The notes: generated by a model from the sequence alone, not told the origin. 64,000 nt of DNA from Camelus dromedarius (GCF_036321535.1 NC_087437.1:38876001-38940000), one strand, 5' to 3'; counted from the stretch's first letter, positions 26,901 to 41,241 are shown. Made by a program: numbers and translations.

Positions 26901-29900
26901 ACCAAGAGCTGGATTCAAACTGACTTGAAACCTATCCTGGGACCATTCCATTGATGCCTCACTTTCATTCTATAATTGGGCCAAGACAAGCTTTAATATA
27001 GCTTAATTTCTGCCCTCCTTAAAGCACTGACGAGAATGGCTCTTGAATTATAGCAAAATCTTTTGTGTTTTCTTGTTTACGAAGGACTTGGCAGATGCCA
27101 AGACTTTAGTCCTTGGTTCTCATTTCTTAAATGGGATGGTGTTGATACTGTAGCCAAAAGAGGCATTGCTATCATCTTATGCTTCCTTTTGTTTTTTTTT
27201 TTTTCTTTTCCTGTTAACCAGCACAATAATAACAGTATAAATCAGCTCATTTGCTAAATAGTTTTCTAGGCTGGCTTTAAGAAGACTTTAGTTTTAACTA
27301 AGACACTTAAATCATTCAACGTGAGCTCACCCAATACAGTTTGGTACTTGAAGGATATAAATAAGACATTTCTCATCTTAAGGCACTCAAAATAAATCTG
27401 GATGGAGGAAGTGGATAGTAAAATTAAAACACTTGGATATTAATATGAAAAAACCCAACTCAGGTTTTATCATAGGAAATTCATTTTAAGTGGACAGAAA
27501 ATGTTGCAGATTGTTTTCTATTTGGCCTTCCAACATTAGTTATTGCTAGGAGTGAATTCGGAAGGAGTCTGCAATGAGGAAAAATTGTGAGGTGGAGTTA
27601 AGTAAGAAAGGCTTGTCTTCTTGGGAATATGCAAGCTGGTATCTTCTAAATTCAATTTTGTATTTTAAGTCATGCTTTGCAGGGATTTTCCAAAATTGGT
27701 TCAACCAACCAGTAAATCAAAAAGGATTCATTAAAGCATTTCACTGCAAGGCACTGTTTATAAAAAAAAGTAAGCAGATAGCATCATTTTAGGACTGAAT
27801 TCTGTACAGAGAGGGCCAGCCCGTGGGGTCAAGGTTTTCTAGAGGGAGAAGCCAGGTGACTGAGAGCTTCCTTGTCCACAGCCAAGTGGTCAGAGCAACT
27901 TCACTCCCACGAGGACAGCCAAGTTATTGCTTTACTTTTTCTAAAGCTCTTGCTGACCCCGAGGGCCGCAGTGTGCACTTCTCTATCTGAGCTCTTGCCT
28001 CTGTGTTGAAACCTCTTGAATGTATCTATACTAGATTCCAGGTTCTGCCCAACTCTAACTGTCTTGTCAACCTGTTCCCAGGATTGTTCTTTCCAATGGC
28101 CCAGGCTCTTGTGGGATTTCCAATTTAAGTCTGTTTGGAAGCTTCCCTCACATCATACTCCAGATGTGTTGGGGTCCAAACCCTCAGTGCAGGGCACTCT
28201 TCAAATTAGCAGGTGGGCCTTTGAGTCTTGCAGAGTTCAGACCCAGGAGCAAGGTCCCTAAATAGGTGAACCTCTCTTTTGAGCAGTGATACCGAGGGGG
28301 CAGCCCCATCGAGTCATTCTGAGCCACCATCAACCACAGCACAGAGGTCAGGGTCCCATAGCTTTTGGGAGGGAGAAGGAAAGCTGTGGTCTGCCTCGTT
28401 TGCCAGGAGGCTGGCATACTCTTATTTGAATGGCTTCTGCAGAATTAATATAGATCAGATAGCTTGCTTTCTTTTGAGGCTCTTACAACCAAATACATAA
28501 GACAGTATAAAACCAGAGCTTATCTGGATTTAAAGAAATGGAATCATTTTAAGAAGAAAGAAAATTCTTGCCTCTGGAAAAACAAGGTACAAATAGCCAT
28601 GAAATCTGACCAGTGTAAATTTATTATTTGCTTAAACAAGAGGGAAGACCAAAAATTCTTATAAACCCAACAATTTCCTAAAAGTATAGCTCTATTTATT
28701 TACTTTTGTACTTAGTCTCTGCTTGTGGTTTGGGACACTTCATTTAAAACAAAAAGTTAAATAAAAATGTTTCTTGTAAAAAAAGAAAGAAAGGAAAAAT
28801 GAATGTCTTCGCACTAGCAAAAGGCATGCTATAGAAAAGAATTTGACAGATGGAGCTCAGGCAACAGCAAAATTGGTTAGGAGAACCTGGGGTCAAGTCA
28901 AGATTCGCACACAGTCTTGAGAGCAGGGTGCATCAGACTGTATCAGGAATTCACACAAGGAGGCACCAAGAATCCCAGAGGGAGATTCAGGATATTAAAG
29001 TCAAGGGCCAGAGCTGAGTTAGTAATCAAATGAGAATTCGGGTGTCTTGAAAAAGAACAGGGATATCAGGCAAGGTGGCTCTTAACAGATTTCTTCCATA
29101 TCAGCCAGCTTTCAATGGTCCAGTCTAATTTGTAAACAGATAAACCAGTGATGTCTTCAGGGTAGCTGAGGCTTCTGACACAATCACTGTGACAAAATTT
29201 CATTATGTGAGGATACTGAGAGAAAAATGCACATAAAAACTCGTCCAGTAAGTCCATGTATCTAAAAGGCATTCTATATTTTTCATAATCTGTTTGTCAC
29301 ATGTGAGAAAGATTCCCTTCAACAGGAAAAAATGGTTTCAAATTGGATATCCACTCCGAAGTATGAAGACCCTGTATCTTTTTGCTTTCCTCTTATGTTA
29401 CCCATCAAACAGCAAATAAAGCCGTGTGCATAGGTTTGGGGAGAGTCCCCAGTGAGGGCTACTGTGAAGACAAATGGTTAATGTCTGCTCTCCCAGCTGC
29501 TCAGTTAATTACTGTAATAGAAAACATCTTGAGGGAAAACACTGCATACAGTTATTAGCAATTAACCCACAACTCTAAAAATCACAATTCTTACTAATAA
29601 TAGAACATTGCCCAGCCAGCCTAATTATACTCTCTACACAAGAATCTTGTATTTCCAGAAAATGTGAATTCTTGTAGGTTACTACTATTTAAAATGCAAG
29701 TAGGAAATTGGGATGAGGAAGATTACATGGAGGAATGCAAAATGGAGCGGAGTAGATGGAAACAGAGGGGGCATGATTTATGTGGTAATAGACTAATTCC
29801 CAGACGTGCAGATGATTCAGATACATAAGTCAAAGGAACTTCCCTCTGAGTGTTTATGACATTACAGAACCCGGTGGTGTTGATGGTTAATGGTACCAAA

Positions 29901-30359
29901 GTGGTAAAGAAGGTGGAATAAAATAATGCAGGGCAGGAGAAATCCATCAAATAAAATAAACGGGTGTGGCATTGCTTTGTTTTTCCTTCAATCATGAAAT
30001 CTTCTTAGATCCTGCACAATCATGAAGCACAAATGCTTTTCCTCTCATTTGGATATGCTGCTTCTGTTGTTTCCCATATTGTGGACCAGTCTTCTTGCCT
30101 TTCTAGAACACCCTGAGTTTATTCTTGGCTCAAAATCTTATTGCTTGCATTACTTCTGTCTGGATATTGGTCTCTCGGATTTGGTATGACTGCCTCCTTC
30201 TCAGAATTCAGGTATCTTCAGGCCTGATCACTCTACACGATAGCCCGCCTCCCCTTTCTCTTTCTATCCTACAGCATTCTTTCATTTTTCCATACATACA
30301 CCTAATAGAGTAGCCTATTCTGTTATTTCTTAATTCTTCACATTAGGCTGTATTTATTG

Positions 30360-32370
30360 ACTTCCTTCCTGTTTTGGATCCATCATACCCCACTTCCCAA
30401 ACCTTCCTTTCCATTATGTTTTTAGTAGCTGTATCACAGATCTGCATCAATATTTGCTTTATTTTATATATGGCATATTGTTTACAACTACACCAAATAA
30501 AGTCTTAGGATATTTACTTTCTCAGTAAACTTTGTTTTTTATACAGTTAATAATCTTGCTGTGTTTTTTTCTCATTCATCAGTAATTTTCTCCTCAAGTG
30601 CTCTGCTGCCTAGAAATAATGTCTATGACTCCCAAACACATTAAAAGACCCTCCTCCCTTTTGATCTTCTAGAGATTTTTCCATACTCTTTACTTATTCG
30701 CAGTTGGTAAGATGCTTTTTAATTCTGGCTCACAGTTTGAGTTATAAAAGTTCCCTTCGTCACCTTCCTGGAAATAGTATTTCCCATGTTTTCTGGTTTC
30801 CGTATTTTCCTTTCTTAGCTCACTTTCTCATTTTTGCTGGGACATTTCCTCCACTAGCTTCCTGTGAAAGGGTATTTGAGTGCTCAGTTTTTTTGAGCTT
30901 CTATATGTCTGAAATGCTCTTCTCTTAAACTTGAGTGATAGTTCAGCTGAGTCTGGAATTCTAGATTGAAAGCCATTTCCCTCAAAACTTAGAGGTTATA
31001 GTTCCCTTATTTTATATCACTGTGTTTGTTTTCAGAAGCCCAGTGCTATTTGGAATGATGTCCTTTGCATGTGTACTATCTCTGCCCCTTTTAGAATTTT
31101 CTCTCTGTCTATGCTGTTCCAAAATGTCATGATGATGTGCACCAGCATGAGTCATCATCCCACGAACTCTGTGCACTCAGTCCGTCTGGAGATTCATGTC
31201 TTTTGGTTTTTAACTTATTTGTTTGATAATTTCCTTACCTTTGTTTTCTCTTTTCCTCTCTTTCTGCTTCTCCTGCATTAATCCACTAATTTTATTTCTT
31301 TTTCTTTCCTAGTTTCTCTCTCTCCCTCTCCTTCTTTTACCGTCTGGGAGATTTCCCTGATTTATTCTTAACCTTTCTATAGATTTTTTTCTTTCACTGT
31401 AATTATCCTATTTTTAATTTCAAAAAGCTTTTTCTCAAAGTGCTTCTTTTCCATAGCAAACATTTTTTGTGTATGTGAGTGTAATATATCCTCTTTCTGA
31501 AGATAATAATTCTATTCTGGGAGGGAAGGAGGGTTTTTCTCCCCCCTTTTCTTTCAGGTTCCTTTTATCTGTTTTTTCGTGTGGTCTTCACATACTGGAA
31601 GCTTTCTTTATATCTGGTGATCCTTGGCTGATTATATTTAAGAGGAAGCACTACAAATATTGTTGCAAAGAAGCTCCGTTTTGGGGGTGGGAGTAGCCAT
31701 GTGGTAGACTTTAATGGAGAGTTATCAATCACTGACCTTTTTGTTGGGGTCTCCAGAAAACAATCGTCCAAACTCCTGCATGGTGTAAGATATACACCTG
31801 GAAATGGGTTTTCTGGGGACCACAAGTTAGAAGGGCCATGAAGGGCCTTCTGTTCATCCTGTGGACTTTCACCTAATGCTCCTGTGTTTAACCCTCTGCT
31901 AACCCTCGTTTTTCACTGAGTCAAGGATAGACCCCTGAGGTCCGTTTTTCCAGAGAATATGTCACCTGGCTCTTGAGGGGTATAAGGAGAAGGGAACATC
32001 AGGAAGTCAAGAATCCTACTTATCTTACAACCAGATCCCACATTTTAGGCTCAAACATCACCCACTCCTTCCAGGTTTCTTTAAGCACAGAATCTCCCAG
32101 GCATTCTCTCTGGGGAACTAGCTCATTCTCCTCTCCTAGGCATTGCCTTTTACAGGCACCTGCCTTGTAACTTTTGTGACTTCTGTCTACCAAAGCAGTT
32201 CATAATCCTGCTTCAGGCTTCTGTCTTCCAAACACTTCTTGAAGTAGTCGATCGGTTGTCTCTGCTCTCATTCCTATCGGTTGATAATATCTTAAAACAT
32301 TTCTTTACTCTTCATTTAGTAAAGTCTAGGGAGGGAGAAGATACAAAATAGTGTGATCAATTTACTATAT
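30360..32370 (-). mobile_element. Ancient degraded L1M/HAL1-type LINE fragment
   Basis: Long T-rich strand with TTGAGTGATAGTTCAGCTG...GGAATTCTAGATTGAAAGCCATTTCCCTCAAAACTT, typical of antisense old L1M/HAL1. Confidence 0.55.
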
Positions 32371-32444
32371 TAAACTGAAACACTATGCTTTTTTCCCGCA
32401 ACACAGCATCTATTTTTTAAACTAGTTGCTATATTTATCTAAGA

Positions 32445-32627
32445 CAGGGGTTTTCAAACTTTTGTGTGATTCAGAATCATTTGAAGGGCTCGTTAAAACA
32501 AATTGCTGTGCCCCATCTCCAGACTGGCTGATTCAGTAGTTGGGGGAGGGGCCTGAGAATTATTTCCAACAAGGTTCCGACCTATGCTGATGCTGCTGGC
32601 TTGGGAACCACGCTTTGACAAACACCG
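32445..32627 (+). mobile_element. MER5A (hAT-Charlie)
   Basis: CAGGGGTTTTCAAACT...CAGAATCATTTGAAGGGCTCGTTAAAACA...GATGCTGCTGG...CACGCTTTGACAAACAC. Confidence 0.85.
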
Positions 32628-33439
32628 ATTTACATGTATGGATTTTTAGTTTAATTACCACTGGTTCTGGGCTTTCATATCCAGAGGTATGTGCCTGCTG
32701 AATGCCTACTCATCCTTTATAAGTACCCCATATACATCCTCTGGACCACATAGAAAGCATATCCTGCTCCAAACTAACCCCTTTCTCCTCTATATTTTAT
32801 TCCTACTTGTTATACTAATCACATTGGACAAGTCACATGTCTGACTTTCGTGGAAGAGAATAAACTCCATGCATGTAGCGTCTATCTTATTATTTACTTA
32901 GATTCTTCTACCTCTTCCTCCATCTTCCCTTTTCTCCCACTTCCCAGCCTTCTTCTCTTACTCTTCCCCCTGTTCCTCCTTCTTCTCATTTCTATTACGG
33001 GACTCATTGCCTCACATATAGAGGCGTGATGAACTGAAGTTGTTACCATGGGCAATAATACGTAGGACATAAGTGCAGAATGGTTTCTCTCAGAAATGGT
33101 GAATGTCTTAATTCATTCATCAGTATGTCATGTAACTGATGACAGGCAAACTCTTGAAGTCAGGCATGCAGATTACAGCAGCTTTACTTAAAGTAGCTGA
33201 TCTGTGAACTCTTCATTACCTGGTCCTGAGGATGATAAGGAGCTTACCTCAGAAGGAAATCGATGGACCGCTTACTTCATTGGGAAACTCTTGTCATTAA
33301 AAAAATGTCAACTGAACTAAACGGCTTGCCTAGTGATGTAGTCAGCTTTCATTCTGGCATAAGCTTCTCATCTTGTCAGGGACCAGTAGGAAACACGTTG
33401 TAGTTTGGCACTGGTCAGCAAACAGCACTTAAAAAAAAA

Positions 33440-34345
33440 AAACTAGGATATAATTCACATGTTTTAAAATTTACCTTTCTAATGTGTACAACTCAGCGCT
33501 TTTTAGCATTTTCACAGTAGTACAACCGTTATGACTACTTAATTCCAGAATGTTTTAATTACTCCCCAAACAAATCCTGTACCCATTAACAGTCACTCCC
33601 CATTTCCCACTCTCTCCCAGGGCCTGGTAACTACTAATTTACTTTCTATGTTATATTTCTATGTATTTGTCTGTTCTGTACTTATAAATGGAATCATAAA
33701 TAAATATGTGGCTTTTGTGTCTGGCATCCATATTGTAGCATACTTCTTTCTTTTTATGACTGAATACAATATATTATACTGTATGGACATACCACATTTT
33801 GTTTATCTGTTCATCAACCAATAGACATTTAGGTTCTTTTCACTTTTGGGCTTTTATAAATAACACCGTTACAAATACTCTTGCACAAGTTTTTGTGGGG
33901 ACATATGTTTTTCATTCTTTTACAGTAGACTGCTGGATCACATGGTAGCTCTATGTTTAGCGTTTGGAGAAACCACCAAAATATTTCCAAAGTGGCTTTA
34001 CCACTTTACATTCCCATCAGCAACATATGAGAGTTTTAATTTCTTCACATCATTGCCAACACTTACTGCCTCTTTGATTATAACCATCCTAGCATGTGTG
34101 AAGTTGTATTTCATTGTGGTTTTGAATTGCATTTCCCTAGGTGCTAATGATGTTGAGCATCTTTTCAATGGGCTTATTGGCTATTTATATATCTTGGAGA
34201 AATGTCTGTTCAAATTATTCTCCCATTTTTTATTGTTGCGTGGTAAGCATTATTTATATAAGCTAGATACTAGTCCCTTATCAGATATATGATTTACAAA
34301 TATTTTATTCCACTCTATGCGTTGTCTTTTCCCTTTCTGGATACT
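33440..34345 (-). mobile_element. L1MB-type LINE 3' end
   Basis: ATATAATTCACAT...CCTGTACCCATTAACAGTCACTCCCCATTTCCC...GCTGGATCACATGGTAG...GGTTTTGAATTGCATTTCCCTA...CCCTTATCAGATATATGATTTACAAAT. Confidence 0.9.
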
Positions 34346-35127
34346 GTGGTGATTGCACTTTGGATACCACAGCTCCATAGATGAAGTTGCCTATCTCATA
34401 TGCTACATAAAACAGTCACAACTATGGAAAATATTCCTGGTGCCAATGTGTACTATGTTTGTAAGAAAATGTAGGATAATGAACTTTCCAATACATTAGC
34501 TTTGGGCTGGTGACTTGGGGCCCCAGCTACAACTTGGGCCTGTCCCTCTAGAAAATGTCTGACATTGCTGCCTGTTGTCTCATGTGGGGCTGAAATGGAT
34601 ACGTCCAGACCCACATTAGGTTTGATACCTTTTCCTTAGGTGGGTATTTTTACTTATTTACACCGAGGTTCATTAGCCACTAGTTTGCTCACTTACTCAC
34701 TCTTGTGAAGTCCTCCTCTGATCTATCCGTATTGAGTTAGAAAGGAGTGGAAAATTCTATACTATCAGGGACTGATTTTGATCTTTCCTGGATATGAAAG
34801 CTTAGTTTAGAGAAGGAAAGCTAATGGCACAGTATGGGTAGCTTTCTGCAGCCTTGGCCTAAACAGCTGAGTCGACCATGAAGCTGTGTTGCTCCATCTG
34901 TGCTTCTTTAGGATCAGCTCTGTCCACATTCTTAGCACGGTCAGCTGTAGATGCATTGGTCGTGGCTGTTAGGATTTGATCAGTTACCCAAGGCATTTAG
35001 ACATGAAAAACAGGAATTCAGAATAGAAGTTTCAGGGAAAGCGATTTTGGTGTTCACTTTTTACTCTTTGACAGAAAAAAAATGTGAGGAAATGTGAGCC
35101 TTATGCAAATAATAGTAAGAGAACTCT

Positions 35128-36635
35128 TCATATATAAGAATGAGCTCTAAGGCACCCCACATAGCCAAAGGAGTCTTGAAAAAGAACAAAGTTGGAGATC
35201 TCACATTTCCTGATTTCCAAACATACTACAAAGCAACAGTAATTAAGATGGTATGGTACTGGCAAAAAGATATATACACCAATAGAATAGAATAGAATAG
35301 AATAGAGAACCCAGATATAAACCCTTACATATATGGGCAAACAATTTTGACAGGGATGCCACAACTACAAAAAGAGGCAGTCTTTTCAACAAATGCTGCT
35401 GGGAAAACTGAACATCCACATGCAAAAGATTGAAGTTAGATCCTTATCTTACACCATATACAAAAATTCATCTCAAAATGGATTAAAGAGCTAAACATAA
35501 GACCTAAAACTATAAAAGTCCTAGAAGAAAATGAAGGCGAAAATCTTTAAGATACTAGATTTGGCAATTATTTATTGGGTATGACACCAAAAGCACAGGC
35601 AGCAAAAATAAAAATAGACAAAGAAGTCTACATTAATTTTAAGAACTTCTGTGTATCAGAGGAAACAATCAACAGAATTAAATGCAACCTATGGAATGGG
35701 AGGAAATCTTTGCAAGTCATATATCTGCTAAGGGGTTAATATCTAGAATATATAATGAGCGTCTACAATTCAGCAACAACAAACAAAAAACAAATTATTT
35801 GGTCAAAAAATGGACAAAGTATAGTTCTTTAAAGAAGATATACAAATGGCAAAAAAAAAAAAAAATACATGAAAAGATGCCCAACATTACTAATTGTAAG
35901 AGAAATACAATTAAAACTACAATGAGATATCATCTCACACCCATTAGGATGATGACTATCAAAAGAATAGAAAATAACAAAGTGTTGGTGAAGATAAGAG
36001 AAATTGGAACCCTTGTGCACTGTTGGTGGAAGTATAAAAAACTGCAGCTGTTATGGATAACAGAATAGAGGTTTCCCCCCAAAATAAAAAATAGACTTAA
36101 CATATGATCCAGCAACCCCACTTCCGAGTATATATCCAAAAGAATTTAAAGCAGGATCTCATAGAGAAAGTTGCACACTCACATTCATTGCAACATTATT
36201 CACAATAGCCAAGAGGTGGAAGCAACCCAGATGTCCAACAACAGAAAAATGGATAAACAAAATATGGTATGTACTTAACAATGGAATATTATGCAGTCTT
36301 TAAAAAGAAGGAAATCTGTCATGTGTTACAACATGGATGAACCCTGAGGACATCATGCTAAATGAAACAAGCCAGTCACAAAAGAACAAATACTGTATGA
36401 TTTGACTCAAAAGTCTAAGGGAGTCAAAATCATAGAAACAGAGTAGAAAATTGTTTGCCAACGGCTCAGAAGAGAAGGGAAGGGGAAATTAGTGTTTAAT
36501 GGGAATAGAGTTTCAGCTTTGAAAGATGAAAAAATTCTAGAGATCTGTTATACAACAACGTGAATATACTTAACACTACTGCACTTTATATGTAAAAATG
36601 GTTAAGACAGTAAATTTAATGTTGCATGTTTTTAA
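35128..36635 (+). mobile_element. L1MB-type LINE, ORF2 3' part and 3' UTR, degenerate
   Basis: The remnant ORF 35682-36068 contains L1 ORF2 motifs (KGLISRIY, MRYHLTPIRM, LVHCWW). The 3' UTR reads GAGTTTCAGCTTTGAAAGATGAAAAAATTCTAGAGAT. Confidence 0.92.
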
Positions 36636-39600
36636 CACACACATGCACACACACACACAGAGAATTAGCTGTGCAAAGTATAGTTTCTAAAAAAGTACAA
36701 GTCAAATGTGTAAATGAGCAAATCTTCTAATTGTGTTCTAATATATGTAATTCTGGAGTTGGTAATTCTATTATAATTCACATCTGATTGGTCAAGTCTT
36801 TATGGCCCATGAGTAGCATGGTACTGAGAAATTATATATTAATTACTAGACAAATATTTTAGGGGTTTATGCTAAATTTATCATTGTCCTTAAAAAGAGA
36901 GCTTTGGTTTGTAGGGACAAAATTTAGTGGCAGATGAAACTAAAGTGAGAATGATTTTTCACATCTTGGTGTGACAATCCCAGTTGGTTCCTGGGTGAAC
37001 TTCATTCTGTTTTGCCTGACATCAAGATTTCAATGTACATGGCTCATTAGTACTTGGAGGCATTTCTATAATGGCAATTTATTACACTTTCAGGTGACAG
37101 AATCTGTCCTTTGAAGAATTGCTTTCTGACCTCCTCCTCTTTCAACCCACAACACCTGCCAAATGAAGTGGCCTGCTCTCTTTTCCTGTCCCCATGCCGA
37201 CACTGGAAGTTTTTGTGTGCAGGAGAGCAGGGCTGAAAAGCTTTGGCAGGAAGGTTTTTGCAGCAGTCTGCCTGTCGAACTGCATGGATCAACAATTTCT
37301 CAATTAGAAGAAGATAGACGAGAAGATAAAGTAGGTGGTGGCTGTAAAGCTTCAAGCAGCAGCTGAGGAAGATTTTGAGAACATCTGGTCGGAATCTATT
37401 TCTTTTTAGGTAAGCATTCCTTTTTACAACCAGCATCATAAAGCATGAAATTGGCTTACCCCGCCTCCTCCTAACAAGGGAGAAGCTGGTTAGATTTATT
37501 ACTCCTTTGATACAGCTCTGGAGAGAGTGGGGTAGCATGTGGCATTCCCACTGGAGGTCCCCCCCAACCCCAATCCTTTGGATGCCTCTCAGAGAGAACA
37601 TTTGTCTGCTATATCAAATTTATTTTTAAAAACCTGTCCAGGTTGTCAGTGTAAGAGATCATTCACAGAAATGAAACCCAATTCACGATATTTCTCTCCC
37701 CATCCCCACATGAAATTTACGTCCGAGCAAGGGATGCCATCAATACAAAACTTTTCTCTCTTAATTTTAAAAATTGGTTCTTTGTGTATGTGGCTCATTC
37801 TCTTGCTTTGTCATTTTAAAATGTCTTTCACTTCGGGCAATAAATACTGATTGAATTGTTTTGTCTGTATCTGGCTTCATTTTTTGTGTTCACAGCATCC
37901 CCAAACCACCAAAATGCATTGTTCTTTTAATATGTAAGGCTGTAACTAACAGGTTTCATAATGCACCCCTTTTTTTAGAGAATAGCATAGTCAACCAATC
38001 AAACCAAATCACAAATTATTTAAATTGTGTGAATAGATTGCAAAAGGAGAAGTGAGTTCAAATTAGGGTCTTCTAGTTCATGGAAAATTTTAAATCCTTA
38101 TACTAGAAGAGTATGTTTCATTTACTAATAATTGCTTACATGGCATTGTGTTTCTAATATCATCCATGCTAGAATAATTTGAAATCAACCTTACTTTATG
38201 ACATATACACAAATATATTTAATACACATATTTAGCCTGTCTCATCCAAAGTGCTTTAAAAGTTCATCTATAAAAAACATGCTTTAAACTAACGTACATA
38301 AAAGGAAATTTTTCTGACTTGGGATTTTCAGTTTACTGATTCACTTGCCTTGCACCCAAACTAAACATGCCCTTTACTAAACAACCATGCAGTCAGGTAA
38401 TTTGTATAGATTCCTGTATTTCCCCCATTATTTTTTAGCTCTTAAAATAGCTCTTAGTTTCAGCTGTGGCTTACATAAAATTTAGCCTCATAATAAAGAA
38501 GGTCTATTATTTATGCAAGGCTTTCTGTAATATAAAGAAAGAAAATGATTAGGAACTTTTTACACTCCAGGAGGGAATGAGATTAGTTGAAGATAGAGCC
38601 CTGCAGAGTTAAAACTAGTCAAGAAGCAAAGAAAGGTTTAGCAAATCACAGGAATTTCCACGTACAGCTCATCTATATTGTCATCTTCAGGTATGCTATA
38701 CATTTTCATTAAAACAATTAAAATCAAACTGGATTGAAATAACCTGGAGTCTTTAGGTTTCATCCAAAAGACCAACTAGAAATTGAATTAAGGGAAAGGA
38801 TTAATCTTTTCACCTCTCCTTACTTATCCAGAAGGGAGGAAAACAGCCCCATCTTATGAAGTCACTACACTCAGTTCAGGAGTCACCATTACTGTGAACA
38901 AAGTTTCTTTTTCTAACTTTCTACCCCACCTGCCCTTTGGTCATTTCACTGTTCATTTAGCACCTCACTAGAAAAGGGAGAGGAAAAAGAAGAGGAGGTG
39001 AAATTAAGCATTCAACTTTGTTACTTGGTAACAAAGGTGACAAAGAGGTTCAGGAGAAGTTAAGAGTTAAAAATAGATGTTAAAATTATCAATGTGTTTC
39101 AAGGACTCATGCTGGGCATGCCATTATCAGAACTAATTAAGAGTTAGCCGAGTGACAATGCATTTCTGTGACAGATGTCAGCACTGTCCCCAAGTCCACT
39201 CTCTCTGCGACTAGACAAAGTCTGGTCCCTGTATAACCAGTATTTAGGGAAAAAAGAAAAAAGAAAAAAAAAAAAGAAAGAAAGAATCCCTGTTTTATAA
39301 AATAAGGGGTTCAAATAACGATTTCTACTGTGCAAATGGCTTCAAAATTGTTTGTTAAAGATGTATGTTGAAAGATAGATAGCATCTAGTTGTATATTTA
39401 TCATTTTCACTTTAAGTTAAACTTCAATTAAAAAAGTGAAAAATAAAAGTATGTCCAGGAGAAACAAAAGACGCTGCAGGGTGGTATGAATTCCAACTCC
39501 ACAAATCAAGGAGGGCAAAGTCACAGAATGTGAAATAATTCAGGAGTGGTATGGTTCTATCACACCCTCAACTTTTTCTTTCTTTTCATAGAAACCCCAG

Positions 39601-40641
39601 AAGTTTGCCCCTCAGTCTCTCGGGTAAATGCCCAATTGCTTCTTTAGCTGCAGAAAAGGCAGAAAGAAAAGAAAGGAGAACAAAGGCTCAGAAGACTGAC
39701 TCTAAGAGCCAGACGGTTAATTCAACTGTGAAGTGCAGAGGGGAGACCAAAAGACCATTTGGGGAAGATCACTTTAGGGCTTCTAGGACTGAGGAAATCA
39801 GGTGGTACCACTTTAAATGTGTAACTATGAGTGAGTCATTGGAGAGCCACTTTCCGTAAGTTTGGGAATCAAAGAAAAAAGTTGCCCCGCTGCAGATTAT
39901 TCCATTCCCTGCAGGGCTAAACTGCAGATTATGGCTTCGGAGCCGGGCTGTCCTTGTTGGAGGGCACAATGCACCATAGATTTTTATTTTCACGAAAAAG
40001 ACTCCAGAGGTTTGTGGCCTTCCAGACAGCAGCTGGCGCCGGGCAGAGGCATCGCTTCGGGCCGGAGCTGCTGGCGACCGCGCGACGCTTGGCTGTGCGT
40101 CCCAGGCAGTCGGGCCAGCGCCGCAGACACAGCCTCGCGTTCCGAGCAGACGCTGTTCCCTTCTGGAAGGGCTCTGGGGGCTCGCGACTGACTGCTCCTC
40201 AGCAAACTAGAGGGAAGAGGAGCTGGTTTGAAGGAAAGGAGGAAGTAGATTTGGAAAAGGATTGGCTCCTCCTTATAACTGATGCCTGAAGGGGGTGAGA
40301 TAGATGGTGGCCAAATAAATGGAAGGGAGAGGATCTCATTTGGAGTAACGAGGATTTCTGGATGAGCCGACGATGTGTCCTGCAACTGTCGAGTTGGCAG
40401 GAGATTTGACTCTATCAACTGCTGTTTGGTTCCCACTTCAAACGCACCTCCCCCCAGCTTGTGTTCTGACCGACTCCGGAGACTTGGGTTGGGTGCGAGC
40501 AGAGCAAGAAAGAATCAAAAGTCAGCCTTCCTTTGGTCTCTGCTTGTGGCAGATGCACAGCTGGCTTGGTTCTGAGCAGGTTGGTGTCTGAGGGGAAGCC
40601 AGAGCTGCTTCGCCTCTTTGGAGGGTTTGGGTATGTGTGGT

Positions 40642-40662
40642 GGGGGTGGGGGTGGGGGTGGG
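40642..40662 (+). other. G-quadruplex-forming motif G5-T-G5-T-G5-T-G3
   Basis: GGGGGTGGGGGTGGGGGTGGG read directly; four G-tracts with 1-nt loops. Confidence 0.7.
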
Positions 40663-41241
40663 TAGGAAGTGGTGGGGAGCAGAGTTGGGCGGGAGGATTG
40701 AGCAGAGCCCCCTACGTCGCGTCTCAGATGCCCTTCCAGCCCCCAGTGTCCAGCCACTGCCTCACCGCCTCCGGGCCGCTTGTGGAGAGGAGGGGTGAGG
40801 AGGGCGCGGGGGTGGGGGGCGCCCAGCAGCGCCAGCCCGTGGTGGCGGCGGGGCTGTCTCTTTAAGCGCTCCAGAGGGGCCGGGCCCGGAGGGCTGCGAG
40901 CGCGTTTCCATGGCACCAAGGCTGCGGGGGCTGCGGGGCCGTGGGGATCGCAGGTTTCCAGTCGCTCCCGGCGGAGCAAGGGTGCGCATCTCGCCGGCCC
41001 AGGCGCCTCGGGGGCTGGCCCGGCCTCAGCGCCCGAGCTCTCCCAGTCGGCGGTGCTGCCTAGTGGGGCAGAGCTGCTGCCGCGCCCTGCGCAGGGAGAC
41101 GCACCTCGCCGGCCCCGCGAGCCCCGCACACCAACTTCTGTCCGGCGAGCTCAACTTCTGTGCAGGGCTCGGACTCGCGGAGCCCGAGTGGCGCTCGGCG
41201 CGCAGCCGGGGTGGCGGCTGATGCCGCTCCGCCCCGCGGAG

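Noticed and set aside
35682..36068. 128-aa ORF
   Set aside because: Degenerate L1 ORF2 C-terminus, not a host gene.
37047..37601. 184-aa minus-strand ORF upstream of the promoter
   Set aside because: No recognisable protein motif; compatible with a chance ORF.
40515..41129. 204-codon antisense ORF and other overlapping ORFs in the island
   Set aside because: Low-complexity GC-driven ORFs in several frames with no recognisable domain.
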